From the NCBI RefSeq assembly GCF_022045235.1, contig NW_027266275.1, forward strand, positions 38,316,001-38,380,000: a stretch of DNA of 64,000 bases. Reading direction: 5' to 3'. This document shows, piece after piece, positions 51,101 to 63,758 of the stretch. Each line of letters opens with the position of its first letter. Within the stretch, counting starts at the first letter, position 1. This stretch comes from Haliotis cracherodii (taxonomy: Eukaryota). The notes beneath the pieces were generated by a model, which was not told the origin of the DNA, did no database searches, and saw only the letters and a program-made list of their open reading frames with translations. Made by a program: the position numbers and the translations under genes.

Positions 51101-54100
51101 AATTATCAAAATTCACTTCAAAGTAAAATCGTTTGAATGGATTCCAATTTTGACACAAGCCCTACAAAAATACAAATTATTTTCAAATTGTTATGCCTGA
51201 TGTATATGTGATTATAAAACCTACAACAAAGACAATACAACAAAGTGTTGACCCATCCTGGTTTGACATCTAATTAAAGTTGAGATAATAAAATGTGAAA
51301 TGTATTTGTGAAATGATACATAATAATACAGCTTATCTTTGAGTTGGTATCTTTGCATAGGTTAATCATATCCCAGAACATGGCCCATGGCAACAAGCTT
51401 GTTGAAACCTTGTTGCGTAAACAATAGGGATTGTCATAACACAGCATACATCATATGAGACAAGTGCTATGACAAAGCAGCAGTATGAAGCTAAATATTG
51501 TTTGTTTCTAGTGTGCCACAAGGCACAATGATTTTTCTATTTGTTCTTTGACGCCGCCTTCAGCAATATTCTAGCAATATGACAGCAGTCTGTCATTAAT
51601 TGAGTCTGGACCAGACATCATGAGCATCGATCTATTCAATTTGGATATTCTGCCCACCCGATCCCATTACTTGCCACTTACGACAAGCATGGGTTGCTGA
51701 AGGCCTATTCTAACCCGGATCTTTACAGCTTTACACTCATGAAGATGTTAAGGTGTGCGCTTTGGTATGTGGTGTCACCTGAAGATCCGGGGTAGAATAG
51801 CTCTTCAGCAACCCATGCTTGCTGTAAAAAGCGACTATGCTAGTCTTAAGAGGCGACTAATGGGATTGGGTGGTCAGACTCGCTGACTTGGTTGATGCAT
51901 GTCATCGTGTCCCAATTACGTGGATCATGATGTCAATCACTGGATTGTCTGGTCCAGACTTGATTATTTACAGACCGCCGTCATATAGCTGGAATATTGC
52001 TGAGTGCGGCATTAAACAACAAACAAACAAATGTAGTGTCACCAAGAATAAGCCTTATTTGAAGATATTTGAAGCAGTAATCATGTTCATATAGTTATCA
52101 GTTTCAATGTGTTTGTCCAGTTTACTTGTGCGAAAGAATGGTGTCATATATTTGACATCATGTGGGAATTTTATTACAAACAAGTGACTAAAACAGTAAT
52201 GGTACTGGGAACTTATTTAACATGTTTAACTCTGTGGTTAATTGTTTAACCATCAACTGGCACTTTAATGCAAATCATTTTGAACCCTGATATTGATGGT
52301 TACATGGTATTGTTTTCATGCCTTCATTAGTGTTTCATTTATGTACATATTTGACACATAATGACTCTCTACACTTGAAGTTCTGATTTAAAAAAGGTCT
52401 TCAGCAATCCATGCTTGCCATAAAAGGCAACCATGCTTGTCATAAGTGGCAACTAATGGGATCGGTCAGGCTTGCTGACTTGGTTGATGGATGTCATTGT
52501 ATCCCAGTTGCAGAAATGTGTGAAGCCCACGTCTTATAGCTGTAATATTGCTGAGTTCAGTGTTTAACAACAAACAGACAATATAATTACACTCAGCACA
52601 TATTCTTTAGATGATTGTTGCATGTTTTACATATGCAGGACTACCTAATGTAACACTCACAAAAGATTGGTTTGACCTAGAACTCTGAGGCTGTTCAGTT
52701 CTTTGTGGACTATGACAGAAGCCATGGCAACTACATCACTGATGCTGATGACAACGTTCTTCTGGATTTGTACACTCAGATTGCTTCAATACCCATCGGT
52801 AAGTCAATCTCACTTGGCTACTTGTTATTTGGAATTCATTTGGAAACATGTTTCAGACATTTCCTACAGATGATTGGAAACATGTTTCAGACATTTCCTA
52901 CAGATGATGGTAAACATGTTCCAGACATTTCCTACAGATGATGGGAAACATGTTCCAGACATTTCCTACAGATTCTGGGAAACATGTTCCAGACATTTTC
53001 CTCAGATGGTGGGAAACATGTTCCAGACATTTCCTACAGATGATGGGAAACATGTTCCAGACATTTCCTCCAGATGCTGGGAATCATGTTACAGACATTT
53101 CCAACAGATGATGGGAAACATGTTCCAGACATTTCCTACAGACGCTTGGAAACATGTTCCAGACATTTCCTACAGATGCGAGTTATCATGTTCCAGGCAT
53201 TTCCTACAGATGATGGGAAAATGTTCCAGATGTTTCCTACAGATGCGAGGAATCATGTTCCAGACATTTCCTACAGATGCAAGGAAACATTTTCCAGACA
53301 TTTCCTCCAGATAATGGGAAACATGTTCCAGACATTTCCTACAGATGATGGGAAAAATGTTCCAGACGTTTCCTACAGATGCAAGGAATCATATTCCATG
53401 CATTTCATACAGATGATGGGACACATGTTCCAGACATTTGCTACAGATGCTGGGAAACATGTTCCAGACATTTCCCTCAAATGGTGGGAAACATGTTCCA
53501 GACATTTCCTACAGATGATGGGAAACATGTTCCAGACATTTTCCTCAGATGGTGGGAAACATGTTCCAGACATTTCCTACAGATGATGGGAAACATGTTC
53601 CAGACATTTCCTCCAGATGCTGGGAATCATGTTACAGACATTTCCAACAGATGATGGGAAACATGTTCCAGACATTTCCTACAGACGCTTGGAAACATGT
53701 TCCAGACATTTCCTACAGATGCTGAGAAACATGTTCCAGACATTTCCCACAGATTCTTGGAAACATGTTCCAGACATTTCCCTCAGATGGTGGGAAACAT
53801 GTTCCAGACATTTCCTACAGATTCTGGGAAACATGTTCCAGACATTTTCTACAGATGATGGGAAACATGTTCCAGACATTTCCTACAGATGCAAGGAAAC
53901 ATGTTCTAGACATTTCCTACCTATGATGGGAAACATGTTCCAGACATTTCCTACAGATGCTTGGAAACATGTTCCAGACATTTCCTCCAGATGATGAGAA
54001 ACATGTTCCAGACATTTCCTACAGATGATGGGAAACATGTTCCAGACATTTCCTACAGATACAAGGAATCATGTTCCAGACATTTTCTACAGATACAAGG

Positions 54101-57100
54101 AATCATGTTCCAGACATTTCCTCCAGATTATGGGAAACATATTCCAGGCATTTCATACAGATGATAAGAAACATATTCCTGACGTTTCCTACAGATGCAA
54201 GGAATCATATTCTATGCATTTCATACAGATGATGGGAAACATGTTCCAGACATTTCCTACAGATGCTTGGAAACATGTTCCAGACATTTCCCTCAAATGG
54301 TGGGAAACATGTTCCAGACATTTCCTACAGATGATGGGAAACATGTTCCAGACATTTTCCTCAGATGGTGGGAAACATGTTCCAGACATTTCCTACAGAT
54401 GATGGGAAACATGTTCCAGACATTTCCTCCAGATGCTGGGAATCATGTTACAGACATTTCCAACAGATGATGGGAAACATGTTCCAGACATTTCCTACAG
54501 ACGCTTGGAAACATGTTCCAGACATTTCCTACAGATGCTGAGAAACATGTTCCAGACATTTCCCACAGATTCTTGGAAACATGTTCCAGACATTTCCCTC
54601 AGATGGTGGGAAACATGTTCCAGACATTTCCTACAGATTCTGGGAAACATGTTCCAGACATTTCCTACAGATGATGGGAAACATGTTCCAGACATTTCCT
54701 ACAGATGCAAGGAAACATGTTCTAGACATTTCCTACCTATGATGGGAAACATGTTCCAGACATTTCCTACAGATGCTTGGAAACATGTTCCAGACATTTC
54801 CTCCAGATGATGGGAAACATGTTCCAGACATTTCCTACAGATGATGGGAAACATGTTCCAGACATTTCCTACAGATGCAAGGAAACATGTTCCAGACATT
54901 TCCTACAGATGCGAGTTATCATGTTCCAGGCATTTCCTACAGATGATGGGAAAATGTTCCAGATGTTTCCTACAGATGCGAGGAATCATGTTCCAGACAT
55001 TTCCTACAGATGCAAGGAAACATTTTCCAGACATTTCCTCCAGATAATGGGAAACATGTTCCAGACATTTCCTACAGATGATGGGAAAAATGTTCCAGAC
55101 GTTTCCTACAGATGCAAGGAATCATATTCCATGCATTTCATACAGATGATGGGACACATGTTCCAGACATTTGCTACAGATGATGGGAAACATGTTCCAG
55201 ACATTTCCTACAGATGCTGGGAAACATGTTCCAGACATTTCCCTCAAATGGTGGGAAACATGTTCCAGACATTTCCTACAGATGATGGGAAACATGTTCC
55301 AGACATTTTCCTCAGATGGTGGGAAACATGTTCCAGACATTTCCTACAGATGATGGGAAACATGTTCCAGACATTTCCTACAGACGCTTGGAAACATGTT
55401 CCAGACATTTCCTACAGATGCTGAGAAACATGTTCCAGACATTTCCCACAGATTCTTGGAAACATGTTCCAGACATTTCCCTCAGATGGTGGGAAACATG
55501 TTCCAGACATTTTCTACAGATGATGGGAAACATGTTCCAGACATTTCCTACAGATGCAAGGAAACATGTTCTAGACATTTCCTACCTATGATGGGAAACA
55601 TGTTCCAGACATTTCCTACAGATGCTTGGAAACATGTTCCAGACATTTCCTCCAGATGATGGGAAACATGTTCCAGACATTTCCTACAGATGATGGGAAA
55701 CATGTTCCAGACATTTCCTACAGATACAAGGAATCATGTTCCAGACATTTTCTACAGATACAAGGAATCATGTTCCAGACATTTCCTCCAGATTATGGGA
55801 AACATATTCCAGGCATTTCATACAGATGATAAGAAACATATTCCTGACGTTTCCTACAGATGCAAGGAATCATATTCTATGCATTTCATACAGATGATGG
55901 GAAACATGTTCCAGACATTTCCTACAGATGGTGGGAAACATGTTCCAGACATTTCCTACAGATGCTGGGAAACATGTTCCAGACATTTCCTACAGATGCT
56001 GGGAAACATGTTCCAGACATTTCCTACAGATGATGGGAAACATGTTCCAGACATTTCCTCCAGATGCTGGGAAACATGTTCCAGACATTTCCTCCAGATG
56101 CTGGGAAACATGTTCCAGACATTTCCTACAGGTGCAAGGAATCATGTTGCAGACATTTCCTACAGATGATGGGAAACATGTTCCAGACATTTTCTACAGA
56201 TGATGGGAAACATGTTCCAGACATTTCCTACAGATTCTGGGAAACATGTTCCAGACATTTCCTTCAGATGCTGAGAAACATGTTCCAGACATTTCCTACA
56301 GATGTAAGGAAACATGTTCCAGACATTTCCGAGAGATATCCAATCACGTTCAGTTAATTCCTGCAGATGCAAGTATCTATCGATTAGACATGTTAACAGT
56401 GGCAGTAGATGCACAGCTCTAGTTGTAATACTGGGTTTTACCTCGTCTTCTCATGCTATTTGTTGCTGCACCCATGGAGCAGTATTGACCAACTCAGCAC
56501 CTGTTCATTTACAGTAGTGCCATGTGTACTTTGCTGTAATTGATGAACTCTTCTTGCTTGTTGTACTATATTTATTAACCTAAACTGACACACTTATTCA
56601 GTAGACCCCAATAGTTTAGTAGCTCACCTTCAAGGATATTTTTTCTGTAGCACTCTTTGTGGACACAATAAAACAAAGATGTCACTGTGGAATGCAATGA
56701 TATATTCACACCATGGATGGTGTCATTTGCTTCCATTACAACCATAATATCTGTTTACAAGCTTCAAATTTTCAAATCCTAATCGAATGGAATATATACT
56801 ACTCAAAAGAAGTAAAGGAACACTTGATTCTTTCATTTTACTATACATTTCTACAGATTAACTATAGTAATATGAAAGATTCAGATGTTCTTTAATTTCT
56901 TTTGAGTAGTATGTAATAAATGTAACTTTCATGACTCTACATGTTCTCAAAATTTTATGCAAATTGAACTTATTTGTATTTCTCAGGAAAAGTATTCAGG
57001 TTTGGCAAATATTTGGTCTTCTTACACCATTTAGCAATGTTTTTCAAGCAATCAGATAGAAGTACCCTCTCGCATTATTTTACAATGATGTTGTAGGCTA

Positions 57101-60100
57101 CAATCATCCCAATCTGATGGCAGTCATGCAGAAACCAGAGAATCTGGTAAGTATGTTTTTTATTCTGACATAATCATGCCAATCATAATCATAGTCAGCA
57201 GTGTTGTTGTTCTGTCATGGTGTTTGTCAGCAGGAGTGACCAAGGAGGGTATTGAGGGTAGTGAAATCAGTGACTCAAGCCTGAAGATGCCTGTCAGCCT
57301 GGTCACCGTGTTTTACCTTGTAAACACTTTCAAACTGAACTGCCATTGTGTCCACCTGATCTACATTCTGGTAGCGATAGCTGGTAATGTTTTTTGCGAT
57401 GGGGGAAAAACATTGTGTCAGTGTAAAACTTGAGTTTATTAAAAATGTACATTAATTTTGGGAGCCGTACGTTGCTGCAGCTATAACTGGATTAGCACTA
57501 TATTGAAGGGTGTAATAGCAAGACAACACTGTATATTGATGATATTTGGCTGACCCCTATGATATGTAGATGAGATAACGAAAGTGACACTGCCTATTAG
57601 CACGGATTGGTGGGATCATAATAGGGACAAATGTGTGTTGTTCACCCGCAAGCTTCAGATCCTTGTATGCCTAGGGGGCATAACTATTGTGTTTTCGTGA
57701 CTTAGATCACTGGTCCTTCTCATCATTTTAACACATTAAAAAGAATAAAATCTATGACTGTTATTTTTTCTGATTTAGACAATGTTTTGATGAGAGATAC
57801 TGAAACGTAGAATCCCATCTTTCAGGGCCACTTCATCAACAGACCTGCCCTCGGTGTGTTTCCCCCCAAGGACTGGGCCGAGAAGCTGCGGAAAACTCTT
57901 TTAGCTGTAAGTTACAGTTTTTTAAAGGTTTTCCATTTATCCAAAGGCCACAAAAATTGCTTTAATTATTTTATAGTTACTCTTTAGCCGTTTTTAGCTC
58001 AGTCGAATGTAATGCAATTTGGTATATGTGTAGCTAGTAATGGGACTTGACACAAATGTTCCATTTTTCTTGAGACATTTAATTTTGATCTTTATTTGAC
58101 TTTCTGCACTTTAGACGATGCTCATAGATTATTTCACAATGCTTAAATGCAGAATTTAAGAGCATGGCCAATTTTGGGGAAATTTTAGACTTTCATACCA
58201 TGCTCCTGTATTCTCTAAAAACACTATATACATCCACTTCTCAGCAAACCTCTTGACCAATGAAGCTGAAATATCTCAAACTTGGTCCCACCAATGATGA
58301 CATCTGAATTTGTTCGAAAGGTTTGAACCTGATTTTCAATATGGCCCCTATGGAAGCCATATTGTAAAGCTATATTATATATAGTCAGCCATTTCTGCTC
58401 AAAGTGCACTGTTATGCTCTTGCATTTTAACAAAACACATTTTGGGCCCTGTAAACAAGCTGAACTTTGCATGTATGTTTTTGTTATGATGATCACAATA
58501 TGGCTAAAATACAACTCAATCTTATTATGATATATTGTTTTCAAATCATTAGTGTGTTTCTTGGAAACATGGTATGGCATCAGATGAAATTATTCTCCTT
58601 TGAAGCTATACAAGGCTCAGAGTTGAAACTTTGTTAATAGTAAATTCAACTGTTGAGTATTGCAACAACATTTAGTAACATTTAGATATTTAGTTACTTG
58701 TTTCATATTTGTTAATACATTTGTCATAAGTATTTAGGCTGAAAATATTCAATGGCAATGCTGGCATCCTCTTTTGTTAAGTATTGGCATTTTAAAGTGT
58801 TGAGTACATATCCAGGTGAGCTACAGTGCTATTGCTTTATTTTTAGCCATTAGAGTTGCATTGACATCTTGACTTTGTTTGTTCTTTTCCACCTGCTCCA
58901 GCAAATGCTTCCTTTAAAGCGTTAATATGTTTGTTTGTCTGTTGTTCAATGCCACACTGAGCAGTATTCCAGCATTATGACAGCAGTCTGAAAATAATCA
59001 AGTCTGGACCAGACAATCCAGTGATTGACATCATGAGCATCGATCTACGCAAATGGGATATGATATGATCTTCGCGGGTCTGGAGTGTTAATAAATAACT
59101 TTGATGGATGTGTTTCATATCAAGCTAGAATTCGAAATAGAATATTTCCATCCTGAAGCTTATACAGTTTGTATGGCAGGACACAGCAAAGTGTCATATC
59201 CTTCATTATTGGACACAGTCCCGCTGATTTCATATAACCTGTATGATTCAAGTCTGCACACTTCGCAGGGCTAACAGGATCCCAGAATGTCGCCTGGCAT
59301 CACAAACTCCTTTCTATCGATCGTCTTAGCTCTTTCACCCTAACCCGTCTGCTCCTCAAGTCGAGAAATCCGAGGGCCTTGCAGTTTAAACAAAATCTAC
59401 CAAGAGATTATTGAACATGTGAAATGATTCCCCATCACTCGGAAGAATTTATTGAATTTTTTATTGATCTTTGGCTTAATTCCTCCATACGCTAACGGCC
59501 AAGCTATCGCTCAATATCGTGGCCAGAAGCAATTAGATGTTACCCTGCTCTCATTGATTATTGGCCAGCAGAATGACAGGTGTTGGCGCCACTGTAGAAT
59601 TCTTTCACTGGAAGAAAGCTATAAAGGATCATCAGCACTAGGCTGGATTTTTTTCATCAATTCAGGAAGTGATTCAAATGTGAATACTGGATCATGAATC
59701 ATTTGAATAGCTGTTGCCGCAGTTTCGAGGATTTCAAAAAGGAATATTATTTTGAAATCATTTGACATCCTATTTGTACATACTGATTGTTAAGGCAATA
59801 TCAAAATGTACATATATGACTGTGGCAAATTGATTAGAATATTTTCTGTGCACTTTTCATCCAATTTATTTTAATTTTGTACAAGGTGATATATTTTCAC
59901 TTAATGTATTATCTGCAGCCAAGCATCAATCAGTGCAAACTTGAGAATAAGAAAGATTCTTTAATAGAGTTTAGGAAAAGTAATCTGTGTTGGAAAATAT
60001 AGATTTGAGATTGTATGAGTTTTGTATAGTGATAAGAAAGTTGGTTGTTAAATCTGTTCAGCATATGTGTCAGTTCCCATTGTCTATTCAGGTTATCTAA

Positions 60101-63100
60101 CCTAGTCAAGATTAATGTCTGGTTAAGGGGCGTTGGGGTGGCCTTGTGGTTAAAGCTCTCGCTCATCACACCAAAGACCCGGGTTCAATTCCCCTCATGG
60201 GTGCAAATTGTGAAGCCCGTTTCTGGTGTCCCCCGCTGTCATATTACTGGAATATAGCAAAAAACTGCGTAAAACCATACTCACTCACTTATAATATCTG
60301 GTTTAATAGGTTCACTGCTTTGAGTGATTGAGTGAGTGAGTATAGCTTGGAACACTTGTAAGTGTTGTTTTTTATCCGATGAGCAACCTCTCTAAGCACT
60401 ATAGACTATCCATCCTCCTCCTGTTGAACCACGCCTTGTGTGACTTGGCTGATTGTGTGTCATCCGATCCAGATGCCATGGGTCTGAGCTCATGCTGTCA
60501 ACCACTGGTTTGTCTGGCCATTCACGTTTATTTGCAGGCTGTCATGATATAGCTGGATAAAGGTAGACTATGGCATAGAGAAAAATATAAATAAACTGGT
60601 GGATTACCAACTTTAGCTCATTAAAATTTTATTCATCAATAATGTGTTTAACATTTACAATCAATTTATCTGTTACATTAAATTACAACTAGAGGATTAG
60701 GTAATTTAGTGAATTCAATAACAACCCGACCATCGGGCATGCAACTTTTCAAAACTGACCTTCTGTCAGCAAAATAGACTGCCTTGGTCTGTCGGGCAGG
60801 CAGGTAATTTAAACACTGCATTGAAAGTCAATTTAAAGTTTCAAATAAATGCAGACACCACAACTATAATCTCTAAACTTTTTGATTATTTTATATCTTT
60901 CACTAACTGCACTGTTGGGCAATCTTAACCTTCAAGGTTTCCTTACTGACAGCACACTGGCAAGGTGACCCTGAATGCAAGGTTATATCGTCCCAAAGTT
61001 TCATGTTAATAACAAGAACAGTTGATCCTTGTTGTCTCAAATTCGGTGGGGGCACAGGTGGCCCAGTCGTCTAAGGTGTGGCAATTCATTGTGCAGAGTT
61101 GCGTCCCATGGGCATTCCAGAAACCTATGATCGTGGGTTCAAATTCTGTGTCACCCTGATTATGTTTCTAGGTTTGTCAGCACCATACCCATACTCGTCG
61201 GTTTGACCAAAGTGGTAAACGTCTAAGACCTGCATCGCGTTGATCCCACATTAAGCTGACATGCAGTGATATAACTGGAATACTGTTCAAAGCGGTGTTA
61301 AACCCAACTCAGTCACTCACTCAATCGAACTTGGAATTGTCAAAATCTGGTTGTCGAACTCACAGGCCGGTCCCTAGCTGCAGACTGTTTCAACCAAGAT
61401 GTGTTGAACTTGTTTTTTTAAATTCATGGTTGACTTGGACTCAATTTATAGTCCCAAGAGTTAAAAATAATTTATAACTTACACTGATGAGTCCAATTTA
61501 AAATGTTTGGAAAAACACAACCTAGCTGTAGTTAGCATAATGACCTTACACGATATGAATCCTCAAAGACAGAAAAACATTGATTGGCCTGCATAAAGGC
61601 TGCTGTGATTGTCGCCACTTGAAATAGAAACAAGAAATATTGCAATGAATAACTAACAAAGATAGCTACATGTGTGCTAATACTTGTAAAGTGAAAACAA
61701 ACCATTCCACTGATAAGGAATAATGACAAAAAATGCAAAGTGAGCTTTTCAAGAAATGTCCATATTCTTAGTGATAAACAACATCATCGAGTTTTGATCA
61801 GATGGCCACGATCCGACTGAGGATTGGCAGTCAGGTGACTGCGCGGCTATATTTAGCAGCGTGTTCAGCGTACGTATATTGTCAGCAGGAACGGAAAGAA
61901 AAACAACACAGATGTAGTATTGAAAGTGCTATTGACCAAGGTCACTGCTAAATATTACTGCTGGCAGTCAGCTGTCTGTCGAGTCTTACCCAGATTAAAA
62001 CCATGTGATCAAAACTCAATGAGGATGATTATTTCTGGTATTTGCCAGGGACCTCAAAATCTTTTTGTGTTTTACACATTTTTATTCCTGAAATATATTC
62101 TGGTATTTGCATGAGACCACAAACTATTTTTGTGTTTAACACATTTTTATTCCTAAAATACTTGAAGGTAGGAGGAATAGAATAACTTTTAAATAATTAA
62201 ACAAGAGTCATCAGGAGATGACATATCCCCCTGGTGCAATTTGTTTGGCTAATTTTACCCCACTGTTGGTTCATTGCCATTGGATACCTTCAGTTCAGTT
62301 AAGAAAACAATGATGCTGTTCAGTATTTTTCAACATCCCAAATCATCAAAAGGCACCAGTTCATCACTAGACTGGCCTGTATATGAAGTTTCAGCCAGAT
62401 ATATTCAGTGGTAAAAGTCAATGACATTCATTAGTACATTGTGTCCTTCCAGATTTTCTTGTGTATAATACAATCACACATTTTTGGGGTTCATCAGGGT
62501 TTAATGTTGCGGGATGTTAGTTTGACACTGGGAGTTGGATTCAGGACAAGTCATTTTCATCATATGCAGCTGTTCAGAATGCTGCAAGTCCTTGGGGAGA
62601 CGTTAATTTAGAGTGACAGAAGTGGTACATAAATTATACTGAGGTGTATTTTCTGATCTAATCTAATAATTGATTTGTTGTGGCCTAATATTGTAACACC
62701 CAGTGCAAATAAGGCTGTATACAGTGTACAGTAAATGTGTTAAAAAATACCATATATGTTGAAAGTTTTTCTTGACAGATTTAAATAATGTTATTTTGAC
62801 ATTCTTCTTTAGGAATATGTATTACACTACTTGAAGAATTCTTGATAAAGGTTAATTTGGGTATGAAAAGTCAAAATAATATTTTACCTTAATTTGATAA
62901 CTCTCTCCATCCAAATATGACAACCCTCCACAGGAGATCATTATTACCGCGTCTTCAAGATGAAAGATAAGTTGTTTTTCTGTCCAATCAGATTTCAGCT
63001 TTTCTAACACAAGTTAGCTTCGTAGTGTTCCAGCAGTTTTGCTCATGTTTGATGTAGGAGAAGTGATACAGAAGCAAGGCTGAAATGACAGGGTGTAACA

Positions 63101-63758
63101 TATCCATAACATGGAACTGCTGTTATTTGTCTCCATTTGGTACTGCCCATTTTTGAGATAAAAAGTCTGATATGCTGTATCAAAATGCTGCACTTGCTTG
63201 TACTGAGAAATTAAAAAAAATTGCGCTGATTGGCTGATGAGATATTTCACCAACGGTGACCTATGGCGGGATTGTCAGATATTGATGGCAAGAAGTATCA
63301 AATTGAAGTGTGCCAAATCACTTGAGCACCTTGATCAAAAGAATGAAAAGATTTGGAAAATATCTGTTGACAGTACACATGCTCTGTAAATCCTGAAATT
63401 GATCGAAATCTGCATGGCAGTTTACGAACCGGATGTTGATTTTGTTACACGATTTGATTAGACTATGCATAGACTCGTAAGTCCAGCAAAAATATAACTC
63501 CATAATTCCAGCCTAGTTCGGCAAGGTCGGAAACAGTTAACTTCTACTGTATGTATCTCTTCTTGAAACCAGTATTGGATGATACATATAGTATTCAGGT
63601 TATTGCAAGATTTGCATGAGCACTGAGATTCAGCCCATTGGAAGTTATGATGTTCCCTCCTCCAGGTAGCTCCCCCAGGGATGTCCGAGGTTCAGACGAT
63701 GGCGTGTGGCGCATGTTCCGTTGAGCATGCTCAGAAAGCCTTGTTCATTGCATACAAG
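42040..63758 (+). CDS. ABAT: 4-aminobutyrate aminotransferase, mitochondrial (GABA-T), 5' part; gene continues beyond the window
   Basis: Six phase-compatible GT-AG exons: 42040-42115, 50826-50962, 52681-52798, 57097-57146, 57826-57906, 63666-63758. They give ...[13 protein letters not shown]...[46 protein letters not shown].../[14 protein letters not shown].../[18 protein letters not shown], collinear with animal ABAT. Confidence 0.95.
45972..46435. repeat. Composite intronic duplication (copies of ~42183-42548 and ~45215-45265)
   Basis: GTCAATAACATGTTTATCATACG...TGTAAGA and TTACAGATTTGGCTTGGGTACGATG... each occur twice. Confidence 0.9.
46446..46660. repeat. 22-bp minisatellite, ~10 copies
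   Basis: Consensus AACGGTGTTGGATATCAGTCCC. Confidence 0.9.
46850..47349. mobile_element. MITE (47139-47349) built from palindromic CTTGAAATTTCAAG repeats, plus an adjacent partial copy
   Basis: Imperfect TIRs GGAAGCCATTTAGAGCCATTTGTT / AACAAATGGCCCTAAAAGGCTTCC and ~21-bp internal repeats. Confidence 0.7.
47564..47919. repeat. Tandem duplication, period ~195 bp
   Basis: CAGCCTATTATT...CTAATCTCTGTGTT.TGTATAAT occurs twice. Confidence 0.9.
48112..48184. repeat. Perfect inverted repeat: 34-bp arms, 5-nt loop
   Basis: GATTTTTTAAAAGTACTGATTTAACTTCGAAATT-ttact-reverse complement. Confidence 0.95.
48304..48871. mobile_element. MITE/foldback element with ~63-bp degenerate TIRs
   Basis: TCAATCTCATTAA...GAGGACATCCC versus GGGATGTCCTC...TTAATGAGATTGA. 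Confidence 0.65.
49497..49913 (+). mobile_element. Non-autonomous Helentron-associated (HINE/DINE-1-like) element
   Basis: 5' ATTATACCCC, (GTCC/ATCC)n microsatellite, two core repeats (ACCTATAACTTGAAAACT), 3' GGGGGTA followed by hairpin AGTGAGC-cct-GCTCACT and a T-run. Confidence 0.6.
50280..50466 (+). mobile_element. SINE family B, 3'-truncated
   Basis: Homologous to 51776-52030. Confidence 0.8.
50826..50962 (+). CDS. ABAT: ABAT exon 2
   Basis: [28 protein letters not shown]. Acceptor ttcatcag, donor CAG|GTGACC. Confidence 0.9.
51535..52030. mobile_element. Two SINE family B copies head-to-head (51535-51725 minus; 51776-52030 plus)
   Basis: Mutually reverse-complementary. The plus copy ends GGCATTAAACAAC(AAAC)n. 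Further degenerate copies at ~52395-52580 (+) and ~58930-59080 (-). Confidence 0.8.
52681..52798 (+). CDS. ABAT: ABAT exon 3
   Basis: [18 protein letters not shown]...QIASIPIG. Sites tag| and G|GTAAGT. Confidence 0.96.
52840..56332. repeat. 34-bp minisatellite, ~103 copies, in ABAT intron 3
   Basis: Consensus GGGAAACATGTTCCAGACATTTCCTACAGATGAT. Translations cycle every 34 aa (3 units). Confidence 0.97.
56797..56911. mobile_element. Small Tc1/mariner-type MITE (115 bp)
   Basis: ~26-bp TIRs TACTACTCAAAAGAA.T.AA.GAACA. Confidence 0.7.
57097..57146 (+). CDS. ABAT: ABAT exon 4
   Basis: (G)[16 protein letters not shown]. Sites ttgtag| and |GTAAGT. Confidence 0.94.
57826..57906 (+). CDS. ABAT: ABAT exon 5
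   Basis: [27 protein letters not shown]. Sites tttcag| and |GTAAGT. Confidence 0.95.
60127..60290 (+). mobile_element. tRNA-derived SINE, family C
   Basis: A box TGGCCTTGTGG, B box GGTTCAATTCC, tail GGAATAT...CGTAAAACCATAC(TCAC)n. Confidence 0.75.
61048..61323 (+). mobile_element. SINE family A (full length)
   Basis: Homologous to 29916-30209. Confidence 0.8.
63666..63758 (+). CDS. ABAT: ABAT exon 6
   Basis: [31 protein letters not shown]. Sites ctccag| and AAG|GTAAGT. Confidence 0.95.

Noticed and set aside
52705-52941. 78-aa ORF as a stand-alone gene
   Set aside because: It is ABAT exon 3 read through its donor site into the minisatellite.
52874-56414. Many overlapping repetitive ORFs up to 215 aa, and a CRISPR-like appearance
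   Set aside because: They are by-products of a 34-bp tandem unit with no unique spacers and no cas genes, inside a eukaryotic intron.
59240-59740. Higher-complexity, coding-looking intronic stretch (similar one at ~63020-63545)
   Set aside because: The frames I read are interrupted by stops and show no recognisable domain. Probably old transposon debris that cannot be assigned without a search.
60127-60200. Possible tRNA gene
   Set aside because: It has A and B boxes but no clean cloverleaf, and it continues into a SINE tail.
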